From a virus (lineage: Duplodnaviria; Caudoviricetes), in IMG/VR virus record IMGVR_UViG_3300027983_000017, positions 1-59,925 of that record: a stretch of DNA of 59,925 nt; one strand, given 5' to 3'. Position numbers and translations under genes: made by a program. Position 1 is the stretch's first letter, and the number at the start of each line of letters is the position of its first letter. This document shows, in pieces, positions 17,802 through 28,184 of the stretch. The notes under the pieces were generated by a model. It was not told the origin of the DNA. It saw only the letters and a list, made by a program, of their open reading frames with translations, and ran no database searches.

Positions 17802-18510
17802 GAGATTTACTCCGGCTATGAAAAACACTCTTTATGCAGATATAATAGACAAAAAATTGATTATGTCTGGTTTAAAATTCTCATGTACAACAGCAATGGA
17901 TGAAAGCTATAGTCGTTGTTCGGGTACTAGTGATAATCTTTTTAATATTACAGGTAACAAGTGTTTATTAACTACAGGAAAACCCCTGACAGTAGATCAA
18001 GACTTCGGAGGTAGATCCCTAACTCCTGGGTCACCCACTATCTCTGATTTTTATAAAATTCCTTCTTATTTAATGAGGGCAAAATCTCACCTTTCTCGAA
18101 ATCCTGAATTGCTTTTTATTAAAAGTACTTATGAATTAACGAGTCTGAACACAGACTTTTTTAAAAGGTATGGTAGAGATCCCTGTTGGATTCTTCATCC
18201 TCTCTTACCTTTTTATACTGCTGGTTTAGATGGTATGTACTACGCTCCTTATACTTTTTTTAACTACAATCCTAATAAAAATGAGAAAGAATTAATATGT
18301 ATTCAAAAAATGCCTAGTTTTAAACTAAAAATAAATACTCTTGTAACTTGTAAAAAGTCTTTTTATCTTGGGGTGGATAAAAACAAAACTAAACTTAAAA
18401 TACATTTTATAGAGTCAAAAAATAACGAACATTTTGCTACTTTATGCGACTCTAAAAATAAAAAATATTTGATAAGATTAAAACATCTAAAAAAATGGAA
18501 AAAAGAATAA
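17788..18510 (+). CDS. Hypothetical protein in the amidoligase cluster
   Basis: 240-aa ORF overlapping both neighbours. Confidence 0.65.
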   Translation: MSWIKRFTPAMKNTLYADIIDKKLIMSGLKFSCTTAMDESYSRCSGTSDNLFNITGNKCLLTTGKPLTVDQDFGGRSLTPGSPTISDFYKIPSYLMRAKSHLSRNPELLFIKSTYELTSLNTDFFKRYGRDPCWILHPLLPFYTAGLDGMYYAPYTFFNYNPNKNEKELICIQKMPSFKLKINTLVTCKKSFYLGVDKNKTKLKIHFIESKNNEHFATLCDSKNKKYLIRLKHLKKWKKE

Positions 18511-18860
18511 TAGTGTATGGTACACTTAAAAAGGGATTTAATAACCACAGGCTTCTGTTAAATTCAAAATTTATAGATACTGCTATAACTAAAAATAAGT
18601 ATACTATGACAAGAGCTGGTATACCTTATGTAAATGAAGATAAGCCTACTTCTTTTATACACGGAGAAGTGTATGATGTAGATAAAGAAACTCTTTGGAG
18701 GTTAGATGGTTTAGAGGGATTTAGGGGTAGTAGAAAAAATTCTTTTTATTACAGAAAACCTATACTTGTAACTTTAAAAAGTGGAGAAGAAACAGAAGCA
18801 GAAATTTACTTTTCTGACCAATCTTCAAAAATAATTGTAGAAGATGGTATTTACAAATAA
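18495..18860 (+). CDS. Gamma-glutamylcyclotransferase (AIG2-like)
   Basis: VYGTLKKGFNNH, IHGEVYDV, LDGLEG and Y.R motifs. Confidence 0.92.
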   Translation: MEKRIIVYGTLKKGFNNHRLLLNSKFIDTAITKNKYTMTRAGIPYVNEDKPTSFIHGEVYDVDKETLWRLDGLEGFRGSRKNSFYYRKPILVTLKSGEETEAEIYFSDQSSKIIVEDGIYK

Positions 18861-18879
18861 AAAATAAAAACAGAAAAAT

Positions 18880-20493
18880 ATGTGTGGAATTGTTGCCTTT
18901 TCAGGTGAAAAAGAATTTGACCCTAATAAAATAGCAACTTTATTAGCAATAAATCAAACAAGAGGACTAGATAGCTGGGGTCATTGTTCTATAGTACCTT
19001 CTGAAACTAAGGGTTCAGTAGTACACAAAAGTTATAAACAAGTAGGTAAACTAATAGATAGTCTTAATGATTTAAAATTAATACCCTCTAAAGAGTTTAT
19101 AAGTCATGTAAGAGCAAGAACTAAGGGTGTTGTGAGTGTGGATAATGCTCACCCATTTCAGTATAAAGACGAAGGTAACCTTTTGACAGGAGTACATAAT
19201 GGTACTATAGAAAATTGGATTGCTCTTGAAAAACATATGAATGATAAAGTTTTTACAGAAAAACAAAAAAAGTTACACGGTGTAAAAATTAACTTTTCTG
19301 TAGATAGTCAACTTTTATTTTATTCTATATTATGTCAAAATAATTATGAGTTTTTAGAAAAAATAGAAGGTGGCACAGCATTTAGTATGCTTACTAGAGG
19401 GTCTTTAAGGGTATATACTAATGGGGGAAGGACTTTGTTTAGGGGCACTACAGAAGAAGGTATATACTTTTCTTCCATAGAAGAGCCTTTATTGTTTCTT
19501 GGTATGACTGATGTAGAGCCTATAGAGTGGGACTCTGTTTTATCTTATAGTGAAGGAAAGCTTGTAAAAAGTGTTCCTATAGAGAAAAAACCCCTAGTTA
19601 AAGTAACTACTACTGGCCATACAGATTCTGTTTTCTTTAGGGTCTTTAATACAAAAGAAGCTATAAATAAAAAAGAAGATGAAGGTTATGAGTTGCTTCC
19701 CTTTTATAAGTCAAACAGTAACTTAGCTTATTATCCAAAAACAGATTCGTGGGTATGTGGTAGCTTAATACTAAAAGATTTTGAAATTTTTAAAAAGAGT
19801 GAAAAAAATCTTAGTATTATCCCTATGACGAGAGTATCAGATATAAACTTTATAAAAGGTCTTCCTGGTTCAGACCCAGGGATAATTATAACTCCCCTAG
19901 TAATAGATAAAAAAGGAATTTATTTTGACTTCCAAGATGTAGAGTTTAATTTGTTTAAAGTGTATCCTAATAGTTCTGCAAAAGTACTAACTATAGAAAA
20001 AGAAGAGGTAACTTTAAGTACTGGGGTATTAAGGTCTATGACTCTTACTGAGTACTCAAACGGAACAAAAAGGTTTGTACCGAACTCTTTTGTAAGTAAA
20101 GCAGAAGATGTACAATATGCTTGTATATATTTTGATTATAGAATAAAAAAGTTTTTAAAGTGCACAACTTATAGTGAACACTCTTGGGTAGAGGAAGAAG
20201 TGACAAACTTTGAAGATTTATATGGAATATCTACTGAAGAGTATTTAAAAAGGTTTCCAGACACATCGGTAGAATCCTTAAAAGTTGCACCTAAGACTGG
20301 GGCAAATAAGTTAGAGTTTTTATCAGAGTTATGCTGTCTCCTAACAGAGTTAGAGCTGTCAATTATTTTAACTAATTCTGACATAGTTTCAGGTGTTAGT
20401 GTACCAAATATTATAAATATAACTGATTTATCTAAGATGAAAAAAAGGTTAGTAGATATTAATTTAAAACGTAAAATTAAACTAGACTCATGA
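18880..20493 (+). CDS. Class II (Ntn) glutamine amidotransferase with a long C-terminal extension
   Basis: MCGI, RGLDSWG, HVRART.G, NAHPF, HNGTI and VDSQ motifs. Confidence 0.9.
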   Translation: MCGIVAFSGEKEFDPNKIATLLAINQTRGLDSWGHCSIVPSETKGSVVHKSYKQVGKLIDSLNDLKLIPSKEFISHVRARTKGVVSVDNAHPFQYKDEGNLLTGVHNGTIENWIALEKHMNDKVFTEKQKKLHGVKINFSVDSQLLFYSILCQNNYEFLEKIEGGTAFSMLTRGSLRVYTNGGRTLFRGTTEEGIYFSSIEEPLLFLGMTDVEPIEWDSVLSYSEGKLVKSVPIEKKPLVKVTTTGHTDSVFFRVFNTKEAINKKEDEGYELLPFYKSNSNLAYYPKTDSWVCGSLILKDFEIFKKSEKNLSIIPMTRVSDINFIKGLPGSDPGIIITPLVIDKKGIYFDFQDVEFNLFKVYPNSSAKVLTIEKEEVTLSTGVLRSMTLTEYSNGTKRFVPNSFVSKAEDVQYACIYFDYRIKKFLKCTTYSEHSWVEEEVTNFEDLYGISTEEYLKRFPDTSVESLKVAPKTGANKLEFLSELCCLLTELELSIILTNSDIVSGVSVPNIINITDLSKMKKRLVDINLKRKIKLDS

Positions 20494-21923
20494 AAGTAGA
20501 AACAAGGTTTAATGAAAAAACAAAATCAACAGAAATAAAACTTTATGACGGACTTTGGTATGACACAGTTTTTGACAAAAGGATAGTTGGTTTTGGGTTA
20601 GGATTAACTATAAAAAAACCTCCTGTTAAGCCACTTTTAGTAATGACAGAAGACACTAGAGATTCTTTACCTATAGATAGGACTTTTATGTATGTAGGAA
20701 AAACAGGAGAAGTTAAGTATTTCTATAGTATGGTTACAATAGATCATCTACCTAACCACACTATCTACGAGATACATCCTTTACCTATTTTTTACGAAGA
20801 TATTGATGTGTTTTGTGAAAAGTATAACTTAGAAGAGTGTAGGTATAGGGGTGTATTGGTAACTAAGGGAAGTGGTTTATTGCCTAATTCGAATAGGTAC
20901 CTTTCATTAAAAAGGTTAAAAAAAACCCCTGAACCTCTTAATACCTTTCTTTGTACAAATGGGATACCCTATACTTTTGGAGTGGAGTTTGAAACTTCTA
21001 CCGGTACAGTACCTCCTTGGGTGTTGGATTACTACGATATAGGGATATCTTGTGAAAGAGATGGGTCTGTGAGTGGTGGTGAGTATATTACTAATGTATT
21101 ACAAGGGGATGAAGGGTTTTTAGAACTTTATAAAATTTGTAAAGTACTCTCTGAAAGGTGTAATACGAATTCTAGTTGTGGGTTACATGTACATATAGGT
21201 GGTGCTTTATTTAATAAAAACTTTATAGTACTAGCTTATTTGTTTGCCATAAAAATACAAGATGATTTATTTTTATATTTTCCCGAGTCAAGAAGAAATA
21301 ATGAAATGTGTTCAAAACTTCATTCATTTTCTAAAGTAGAAGATCTTATAAAAAGATACGGTTTTCATGAGGGTTCAAAACTTGCATTTGAGTTTTTATT
21401 TGAACACTTTTCTAATGGGAGGAGTATAAGTGGAGAAGTAAACAAATGTAAACCTCATCCAGGTGGTAGGTATACTGATAGATATCAAAGGGGTATAGAA
21501 TTAAAAAACCTTTTTAGATATAAGTGGTTTAATCTTATTCCTTCGACTTTTGACACAAGAGGGTTTGGTAAGGAAAAAGCAAATAAACATAATATAAATA
21601 ACGGGATACCCCACACTTTAGAATTTAGAAACCATCATGCTACTTTAGATTTCATAAGCAGTTCTTATTGGGTTATGATTTGTATGGCGATGACAAATTT
21701 TATAGAGAATAACATGAAAAGTATATTAGAATGTAAGAAACTCTATCTAAAAGAGGTTATTTCAGCTACATACAATGGATCTAAAGCTAGAAATATTTGT
21801 AGTTATCTAGAATCTCAAAAGAATCTATATAGTTTAGAAGGTGTTGAAAATATCGAACCTCTTTTACCAATAGATTATAGGAAGGATCATCAGAAAGGGG
21901 ATGTAATAAAAATGCTATCATAA
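20490..21923 (+). CDS. Putative amidoligase (Amidoligase_2 / COOH-NH2 ligase fold)
   Basis: TFGVEFET, DGSV..GE, SCGLHVHIG and TLEFRNH motifs. Confidence 0.88.
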   Translation: MKVETRFNEKTKSTEIKLYDGLWYDTVFDKRIVGFGLGLTIKKPPVKPLLVMTEDTRDSLPIDRTFMYVGKTGEVKYFYSMVTIDHLPNHTIYEIHPLPIFYEDIDVFCEKYNLEECRYRGVLVTKGSGLLPNSNRYLSLKRLKKTPEPLNTFLCTNGIPYTFGVEFETSTGTVPPWVLDYYDIGISCERDGSVSGGEYITNVLQGDEGFLELYKICKVLSERCNTNSSCGLHVHIGGALFNKNFIVLAYLFAIKIQDDLFLYFPESRRNNEMCSKLHSFSKVEDLIKRYGFHEGSKLAFEFLFEHFSNGRSISGEVNKCKPHPGGRYTDRYQRGIELKNLFRYKWFNLIPSTFDTRGFGKEKANKHNINNGIPHTLEFRNHHATLDFISSSYWVMICMAMTNFIENNMKSILECKKLYLKEVISATYNGSKARNICSYLESQKNLYSLEGVENIEPLLPIDYRKDHQKGDVIKMLS

Positions 21924-22663
21924 TGTGTTTAATAATTGTAAAGAAAAAAAATGTAGCTTTAGATGCAGCAGCTCTTTTTAGAAGCTTAGAAATAAGCTCC
22001 ATAAAAAACAATAGTGGGTTTGGTTTTGCTTTTAAAAGAGACAATCAATCTTTTTTATCGAAAGGCCATAAAGAAGTAGAAAGTCTTATTGAGGAGATTA
22101 AAAAAGTAGGAATAAGGAACAAAGATGAGCTTATAGTTCATTTAAGAAACCCCTCTCCTGGTACAGGTTCAAATATTAGTAACTCACAACTTGCACACCC
22201 TTTTGTTGTAACCTCTGATGTTAAGCTTTTGTATCAAAAAAGAGCATTTACAAAACTGCCTATATTTGCTCACAATGGTAAGATATCTAGTTTTATACTT
22301 CCTACATATGATCCAACTTCTTCAGATTCTTTTCTTTTTGTAAAAGATGTACTTTCAGTACCACATATGGTTGAGATGATGGGGTATATGTATAGAAAAA
22401 GTAACTTAAAAAAGTTGTATAATAGTCTTTTTGATACTAATAGGTTTGTTATAATGAAGCCAAATCAATCTATCAGTCTTTTTGGGGAATGGATAGAGGA
22501 AAAAAATCTTCATTACAGTAATGACAGCTACAAAATAGTAACAAGAGATACAGATGATGATGATTACAGTAGACATGGGTTAAGATCAGATCATAGACTA
22601 CCTTTTGAGAGGTTAACTTCTGAAAAAAATCTAAGGTCAGCTAGAATGTGTGATACAATGTAA
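21923..22663 (+). CDS. Second class II (Ntn) glutamine amidotransferase
   Basis: MCLII, N..GFG, VHLR, AHPF, AHNG, SDS and YSN.SY motifs. Confidence 0.85.
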   Translation: MCLIIVKKKNVALDAAALFRSLEISSIKNNSGFGFAFKRDNQSFLSKGHKEVESLIEEIKKVGIRNKDELIVHLRNPSPGTGSNISNSQLAHPFVVTSDVKLLYQKRAFTKLPIFAHNGKISSFILPTYDPTSSDSFLFVKDVLSVPHMVEMMGYMYRKSNLKKLYNSLFDTNRFVIMKPNQSISLFGEWIEEKNLHYSNDSYKIVTRDTDDDDYSRHGLRSDHRLPFERLTSEKNLRSARMCDTM

Positions 22664-22672
22664 TCCCAGTGA

Positions 22673-23191
22673 ATGGAGGTTACAATAGATATAATTAAAT
22701 GTGCTAAATATAATGTAACACCCAATGAGTATATAATATTAAAATTACTTAAAGACGACTTACTTCAAAAAGTAGAAGAGTATATAGACTATAAGTCTTG
22801 CTTAAGTACTTTAGAAGAAAAAGGATTTTTAGATAATCAAAATATTATAACTCATTTGGGATTGTTACTACTAAATGTTGCTAATGCAGCTACACAGTGG
22901 GAAGAGTTTAAAAACCTTTATCCCAAGACAGATGGAGCCAGAAGATTACACAATAGACCTTCAATATGTAAAGAGAAGTTTAAAAAAATTCTTAAAGACC
23001 ACACTTTTTTTTCTGTAATAGAAGGCTTAAAAAACGAAATATTTGTAAGAGAGAAAGCCAAGTCAAAAGAACAGTGGATAGAAAATTGGCAACTTATGTC
23101 CACTTATTTAAATAACCTTTCTTGGGAAACTTATAGTAATATAGATGTAGTAGATGAGGATCAAGAATCTATTAAAAAGTTTATCATATGA
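22673..23191 (+). CDS. Putative replication initiator or helicase-loader-like protein
   Basis: WEEF..LYP...STYLN..SWE pattern directly upstream of the helicase. Confidence 0.55.
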   Translation: MEVTIDIIKCAKYNVTPNEYIILKLLKDDLLQKVEEYIDYKSCLSTLEEKGFLDNQNIITHLGLLLLNVANAATQWEEFKNLYPKTDGARRLHNRPSICKEKFKKILKDHTFFSVIEGLKNEIFVREKAKSKEQWIENWQLMSTYLNNLSWETYSNIDVVDEDQESIKKFII

Positions 23192-24153
23192 ATTATGAAA
23201 GTTTTTTAAAAATGATCCGAAGGGGGCAGCAAGGAATGAATAGGGGTTTATCTTTTGATATGCCTAGATTTTCTAAGATTGTCCCAGATTTACAAAAAAG
23301 TATGTATTACCTTATTGGTGGGGAACCAGGCACTGGAAAAACAAGCTTTGCAGATGATGTAATGTTTTTAAAGCCATTTGAAGACGCTTTAAAGAAGAAT
23401 AAACCCATTAAAGGGTTGTACTACTCTTTCGAGGTAGACACTCTCTCTAAAGTCTCTAAAATAGTTTCTAAAAGACTGTACGAACAGAAAAACGTGTTAG
23501 TTAGTTCAGGAGACTTGTTGGGTTATAATGAAAATAAACTCCCCGAACACAACTACTTAGAAGCTAAAAGTTATAAAGATTATTTTGAAGATTTATTTTC
23601 TAAATTTAAATTTTATGATTATGCAAAAACTCCCGAACAAATAAAAAAAGACCTTTTATCTTTCAGTGAAACTGTAGGTAAGTGGGATGGGGATACTTTT
23701 ATAGAAAATGACCCCAATTGTACTTATTTAATTATAATAGATCACTTAGGTCTTGTGGGAAGGGGTGGTATGACTAAAAAAGAAGCAATGGATACCCTTT
23801 CAAGTATACTTGTCTTTTTTAGAAACCAATGTAAAATGACTTTTGTCGTAATACAACAATTTAATAGAAGTTTGTCTTCTACTGACAGGTTTAATATTAA
23901 AAGGGTTGTACCACAAATTTCAGATTTTGCAGACACTTCTAACCCAATACAGGATTGTAATAAAGCTTTTGGTTTATTTAGCCCAGGTAGATATGGTTTT
24001 GAAGAGTATGCAGGATATAGAATAAATCCATTAGAAGACAGATTTAGAACTCTTCATATATTAAAAAATAGAGAAGGTATTTCAGACAGAACACTACCAT
24101 TAGAATTTATAGGAGAAGTTGGGTATTTTAGGGAGTATGAAAAAAATAAATAA
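23188..24153 (+). CDS. DnaB-like SF4 replicative helicase
   Basis: GEPGTGKT, YSFE, IIDHLGL, IQQFNR and ILKNREG motifs. Confidence 0.88.
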   Translation: MNYESFLKMIRRGQQGMNRGLSFDMPRFSKIVPDLQKSMYYLIGGEPGTGKTSFADDVMFLKPFEDALKKNKPIKGLYYSFEVDTLSKVSKIVSKRLYEQKNVLVSSGDLLGYNENKLPEHNYLEAKSYKDYFEDLFSKFKFYDYAKTPEQIKKDLLSFSETVGKWDGDTFIENDPNCTYLIIIDHLGLVGRGGMTKKEAMDTLSSILVFFRNQCKMTFVVIQQFNRSLSSTDRFNIKRVVPQISDFADTSNPIQDCNKAFGLFSPGRYGFEEYAGYRINPLEDRFRTLHILKNREGISDRTLPLEFIGEVGYFREYEKNK

Positions 24154-24155
24154 AA

Positions 24156-24872
24156 ATGGAATTACCAAAAGAAAAAATTGAACCAACTAGTATAAGCCCT
24201 CGCTCTATACTTATTTTTGGTCAAGCCAAAGTGGGTAAAACTACTGCAGTAGCTAATTTAGAAAGCAATTTGATATTAGATTTTGATGATGGAACTAGAA
24301 GTATAAAAGCTTTAAAGATACATATAAAAGATTTTACTCAACTAAGAGAGGTTTTAACAGAAATTAAAAATCAAGGTAAACCTTATAAATATATTACAGT
24401 CGATACTGTAAGTAAGCTAGAAAGTATGTGTGAAGAACTAGCTTTAAAAATGTATCAAAAAACAACTATGGGTAAAGCCTATAAAGGAGGTATATTAGAA
24501 CTTCCTCAAGGAGGTGGTTATTATTATCTAAGAAAAGCTGTAAAAATTGTTTTAGAAGAGATAGGAGATAGTGCAGACAGAATTATCCTTATAGGGCACT
24601 TAAAAGATAAATTTATAGAAAAAGAAGGTAAAGAGTTTACAGTAAGAGAAGTAGACCTTGCAGGAAAACTCGCTTCTATAATATGTGCAGAGGTGGATGC
24701 TACAGCCTATATGTACAGAGATAAAAATAAAGCTGTATTAAATTTTGCTTGCGGGGAAACCCTAATAGCAGGTTCAAGACAAAAACACTTGTTCGGGAAA
24801 GAAATAGTAATATCCGAAGAAGATGAAAAAGGAAAAATTACATACTATTGGGATAGTATATTTATAGATTAG
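24156..24872 (+). CDS. Sak4-like AAA ssDNA-annealing ATPase
   Basis: GQAKVGKTT, LILDFDDG, ITVDTVS, G.GY and ILIGH motifs. Confidence 0.85.
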   Translation: MELPKEKIEPTSISPRSILIFGQAKVGKTTAVANLESNLILDFDDGTRSIKALKIHIKDFTQLREVLTEIKNQGKPYKYITVDTVSKLESMCEELALKMYQKTTMGKAYKGGILELPQGGGYYYLRKAVKIVLEEIGDSADRIILIGHLKDKFIEKEGKEFTVREVDLAGKLASIICAEVDATAYMYRDKNKAVLNFACGETLIAGSRQKHLFGKEIVISEEDEKGKITYYWDSIFID

Positions 24873-24878
24873 AATAAA

Positions 24879-25583
24879 ATGAATTACGAGTTAAATGAGA
24901 ATGGTGTAGCATACCTTATGTGTGACAGAGCTACTCTAGATGTCTTTTTTAATATAGAAGACTCAGAGGGTGGTGTATGTATAAACATTAGTCCCCTAAA
25001 AGACGAAAAAAATTATCCATACACCTTAATAAGGAATGTAATACAAGAGCAAGAAGCTATTTTTATAGTTAAATATCTTTTAGGGAATAATCATGGTAAA
25101 ATATTAAGAGCTACTAAGTTAAACGAATCTTCTTTTCTCTTTAAAAAACATATACCAGAAAGTAGAGGTATAAAATTCCAGGAAACAGATTTAATAATAT
25201 TTGACACAGAAAAAACCCCTAAGTGGGATATGGTGGGTTTAATGTCTAGTAGAAAAAAAGGCTATGGTCAGGAATTAAAAACGAAACAACCAATTAAAAA
25301 GGAGAGAAGAGGAGTATTTCAAGAAATAGAGGGATTATTCCGAGGACAGAGGAGAGAGGAAATAGCAAACCCTATAGAACTTAACAACATACCTTTAGTT
25401 AGACATAGACGTGGGGATGACATCAACCCCATAGTTGAGTATGACCCCTACAGAGGTTTCAATGAGTTGGAGCTTGTTGATGGGCTCCTCGAGCATAGAA
25501 TTAAGCCCGTAGAAGTTGGACACAATCCTCTCAAATATAGAGTTGGGTACGACCCTATTCAAGATGAAGTAGCACCTTTTTAA
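24879..25583 (+). CDS. Hypothetical protein with an acidic-aromatic C-terminus
   Basis: 234 aa ending DEVAPF, with two YDP motifs. Confidence 0.6.
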   Translation: MNYELNENGVAYLMCDRATLDVFFNIEDSEGGVCINISPLKDEKNYPYTLIRNVIQEQEAIFIVKYLLGNNHGKILRATKLNESSFLFKKHIPESRGIKFQETDLIIFDTEKTPKWDMVGLMSSRKKGYGQELKTKQPIKKERRGVFQEIEGLFRGQRREEIANPIELNNIPLVRHRRGDDINPIVEYDPYRGFNELELVDGLLEHRIKPVEVGHNPLKYRVGYDPIQDEVAPF

Positions 25584-25635
25584 AATAGTATAATAAAATT
25601 AATTGATAAGTAGGCTTACATAAGTCAAAAATAAT

Positions 25636-26415
25636 ATGAGTGGATTTTTAAAAAATAAAACCTTTTCTACTACAAGTGGAAATACATTATATACAGGAGT
25701 ATGTAATGTAGGAGTAATAGGAGTAAACCCTAATAAGGAAGAGCTTTCTATAATTCTTGGTAAAGAAGTAGAGATAGAGCCTGTTTATACAGGCACAGAT
25801 GATTCAGGAGATAAGTCCATGAGACTTGATTTTTGGTTACGATGTAAAGACACACTTCCTGAGGGAGGTGTTGTAGAAAATATTGTAAAAATGCCTATTT
25901 TCTTAGGCACTACAGACATCAAGAGTAAAGACGGTGTTAAAACAAAGTACATAGATAATAAGCTTGGGGCAACATACTCTAAATCAATAGAGGAACTCCC
26001 AGATTGGTTTGAAAAAACCACAGCTAGACCTTGTAAAAAAGGAGAAGAAGAGCTTATGTCGTTCTTATCTACATTAGCTAGATTTAATAGGAAAGACGAA
26101 GACTTTAGTGTAAAATTTGAAAACTACGATCTTATTCTTAAGGGAGATGTTCTTGAAATAAAGAATATCTTAAAAGTGGTAGAAGATAACACTGTAAGAG
26201 TTCTTTTAGGAGTTAAAGAAGACGTAGGTAGAGATAAATACTATCAAAGAGTTTACACTGGATGTTTTCTTTATGGTGGTAATGGAGACACAGACTACCT
26301 TCAAAAAAAAGCAGAAAGCCAATACGGTGGGTGTAACTTAGAGTACATGGAAAGTATGACTTTGCAATCCTTTAAAGAAGAAGAAATAAAAAAAGGAGAT
26401 AAACTTCTTTTTTAA
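25636..26415 (+). CDS. Putative ssDNA-binding protein (crAss-like family)
   Basis: YTG...VIGVNP.KEEL, RLDFWL, GEEEL..FL and YQ.VY motifs; lies between Sak4 and primase. Confidence 0.6.
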   Translation: MSGFLKNKTFSTTSGNTLYTGVCNVGVIGVNPNKEELSIILGKEVEIEPVYTGTDDSGDKSMRLDFWLRCKDTLPEGGVVENIVKMPIFLGTTDIKSKDGVKTKYIDNKLGATYSKSIEELPDWFEKTTARPCKKGEEELMSFLSTLARFNRKDEDFSVKFENYDLILKGDVLEIKNILKVVEDNTVRVLLGVKEDVGRDKYYQRVYTGCFLYGGNGDTDYLQKKAESQYGGCNLEYMESMTLQSFKEEEIKKGDKLLF

Positions 26416-26430
26416 ATTAGAATATAAATA

Positions 26431-26460
26431 AAGAGAGGGAGGATTAAACCCCCCTTTTTT
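26431..26460 (+). terminator. Probable intrinsic terminator
   Basis: Imperfect G-rich/C-rich hairpin with a T6 tail. Confidence 0.55.
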
Positions 26461-26473
26461 AACTTGACAAGAT

Positions 26474-27508
26474 ATGGATAAAAAAGAAGTTCTAGCTAAA
26501 ATTACTCAAGAGGAGATAATGCAGCACTACTTTCCTTACAAAATAAACAACCCAATTTCTTATTTAAATCCCTTTAGAAAAAAAGGAGATGAAGATGTTA
26601 TAGCTGGGTGTAAGTTTTACTATTTCGGAGAAAAGTACCTTTTTAGAGATTTTTCTCATCCTGATTTATCTGGAGACTGCTTTAAAGTATGCTCTATGGC
26701 AAATGGTGACTGTAGTTTTGATGAATCTATACGTATTATTTCTAAGGATTTTAATCTTGATTGGAAAATACAATCTTTTAAAGAGCTCAAAGAGTTTGCA
26801 AAAAAAAAGGCTAAGGTTCAAATAGAAAAAAGTGTTTTAAAAGAAAGATATTTAGGTAATAAGTTTACCCTAGAGATACACTCTTGTCCACTACAGCCCA
26901 AACATTATTTATATTGGAAAAAATTAGGAGTTCCTTGTAGAATGCTTAAAGAGTACAATGTATTAGGGTTAGAAAAGATAGTATTTAAATCTTCTTCTTA
27001 CAATAGTACGAGAAGCTATGATGGTAGTGTAGCCTTTTGTTATGATGAGGGGGATAGTGGAAAAACAGCTTACATACCACACTCACCTAAAGGGTATAGG
27101 TTCTTTAAAACTGTATCTGGAAGTCATGTAATGGGTGTAGAAGAGGTTAAAAATAACCTACTAGGAAATATCGCAGATAGAATAATAGTAACAAAATCTA
27201 AAAAAGATATGTTAGTACTAAACTCTTTAGGGTTTTTTTCAATATCCTTACAAAGCGAACTACCTAATATAACTGAACGAGTTAAAAAAGAAATAGAACT
27301 CCTTAGTGTTGACCCACCCTTAATAATTTATGATGGGGATGAGCCAGGTAGGAAATTATCTGCCCTCCTTAGTAAAAATACAGGTTGGCCTTATTTGGTT
27401 TTAAAACAATATGACGACCCTGGTACTTACGCCTCTTTAAACTATAGAGACATTCTATATAAAGAAATAGCTGCCAGTCTTGTTATAAAGGATTTTAGAT
27501 ACGGTTAA
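26474..27508 (+). CDS. DNA primase (Toprim), crAss-like
   Basis: NPFR, FRDFS...GDCF, IVTKSKKDMLVL, QSE, YDGDEPG and DDP motifs. Confidence 0.85.
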   Translation: MDKKEVLAKITQEEIMQHYFPYKINNPISYLNPFRKKGDEDVIAGCKFYYFGEKYLFRDFSHPDLSGDCFKVCSMANGDCSFDESIRIISKDFNLDWKIQSFKELKEFAKKKAKVQIEKSVLKERYLGNKFTLEIHSCPLQPKHYLYWKKLGVPCRMLKEYNVLGLEKIVFKSSSYNSTRSYDGSVAFCYDEGDSGKTAYIPHSPKGYRFFKTVSGSHVMGVEEVKNNLLGNIADRIIVTKSKKDMLVLNSLGFFSISLQSELPNITERVKKEIELLSVDPPLIIYDGDEPGRKLSALLSKNTGWPYLVLKQYDDPGTYASLNYRDILYKEIAASLVIKDFRYG

Positions 27509-27520
27509 TTATAAAATAAA

Positions 27521-27904
27521 ATGAATAGAAATAGATCAGCAGGGCACACTTGGGAAAGATTATGCATTAACTTGTTGAAAACTATATCCTATTTTAAGAA
27601 TATTGTCTCTTCTAGATCCGAGAGCGTTAATAGGGATGCTCAGAAAGTAGACATTATGAATAAAGATGAAGATGAGAACGGGAGGTTGCTTTTTGATATC
27701 CAATGTAAAACCACTTGTAATTCTGTAAACTATCACAAAATTATGAGTGAGATGGTTATTAAAAAAATACCTCTTATTCTTCACCGAAAAACAAAGAAGC
27801 AAGGTAAAAGCTTCTATAAAGAAGAGGATTACGCCATTTTAAAAATGGAAGATTTTATCAGACTTCTCAAACAAATTGATTTTGAGTTATTTAAACAAAT
27901 TTAA
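27521..27904 (+). CDS. PD-(D/E)XK nuclease, putative Holliday junction resolvase
   Basis: G..WER, SR.ES...D..KVD and IQCK motifs. Confidence 0.75.
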   Translation: MNRNRSAGHTWERLCINLLKTISYFKNIVSSRSESVNRDAQKVDIMNKDEDENGRLLFDIQCKTTCNSVNYHKIMSEMVIKKIPLILHRKTKKQGKSFYKEEDYAILKMEDFIRLLKQIDFELFKQI

Positions 27905-28184
27905 AATTGACGTGTTTGAAGCTTTTAAACAAGATACAAAACTATTAAAACAAGCTGTATGTGCTATAGAATCTCAAAATGAGAATAGCTTAAGACTTGT
28001 TTTAGAAAAAGGAATAGACGATCCAAAATTATATATACATGAAATAAGAAATAAAAAAGCTTTAAAGATTGTCAATCCCTATTTTAAAGGGATGTATAAA
28101 AAAAGAAATAAGTTATATTCGTCTTTTATGGACAAATATACATCAAGTATAAAAAATACTAAAGTGTATGTTGGGGATAATTGA
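27876..28184 (+). CDS. Hypothetical protein
   Basis: 102-aa ORF overlapping both neighbours. Confidence 0.55.
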   Translation: MILSYLNKFKIDVFEAFKQDTKLLKQAVCAIESQNENSLRLVLEKGIDDPKLYIHEIRNKKALKIVNPYFKGMYKKRNKLYSSFMDKYTSSIKNTKVYVGDN

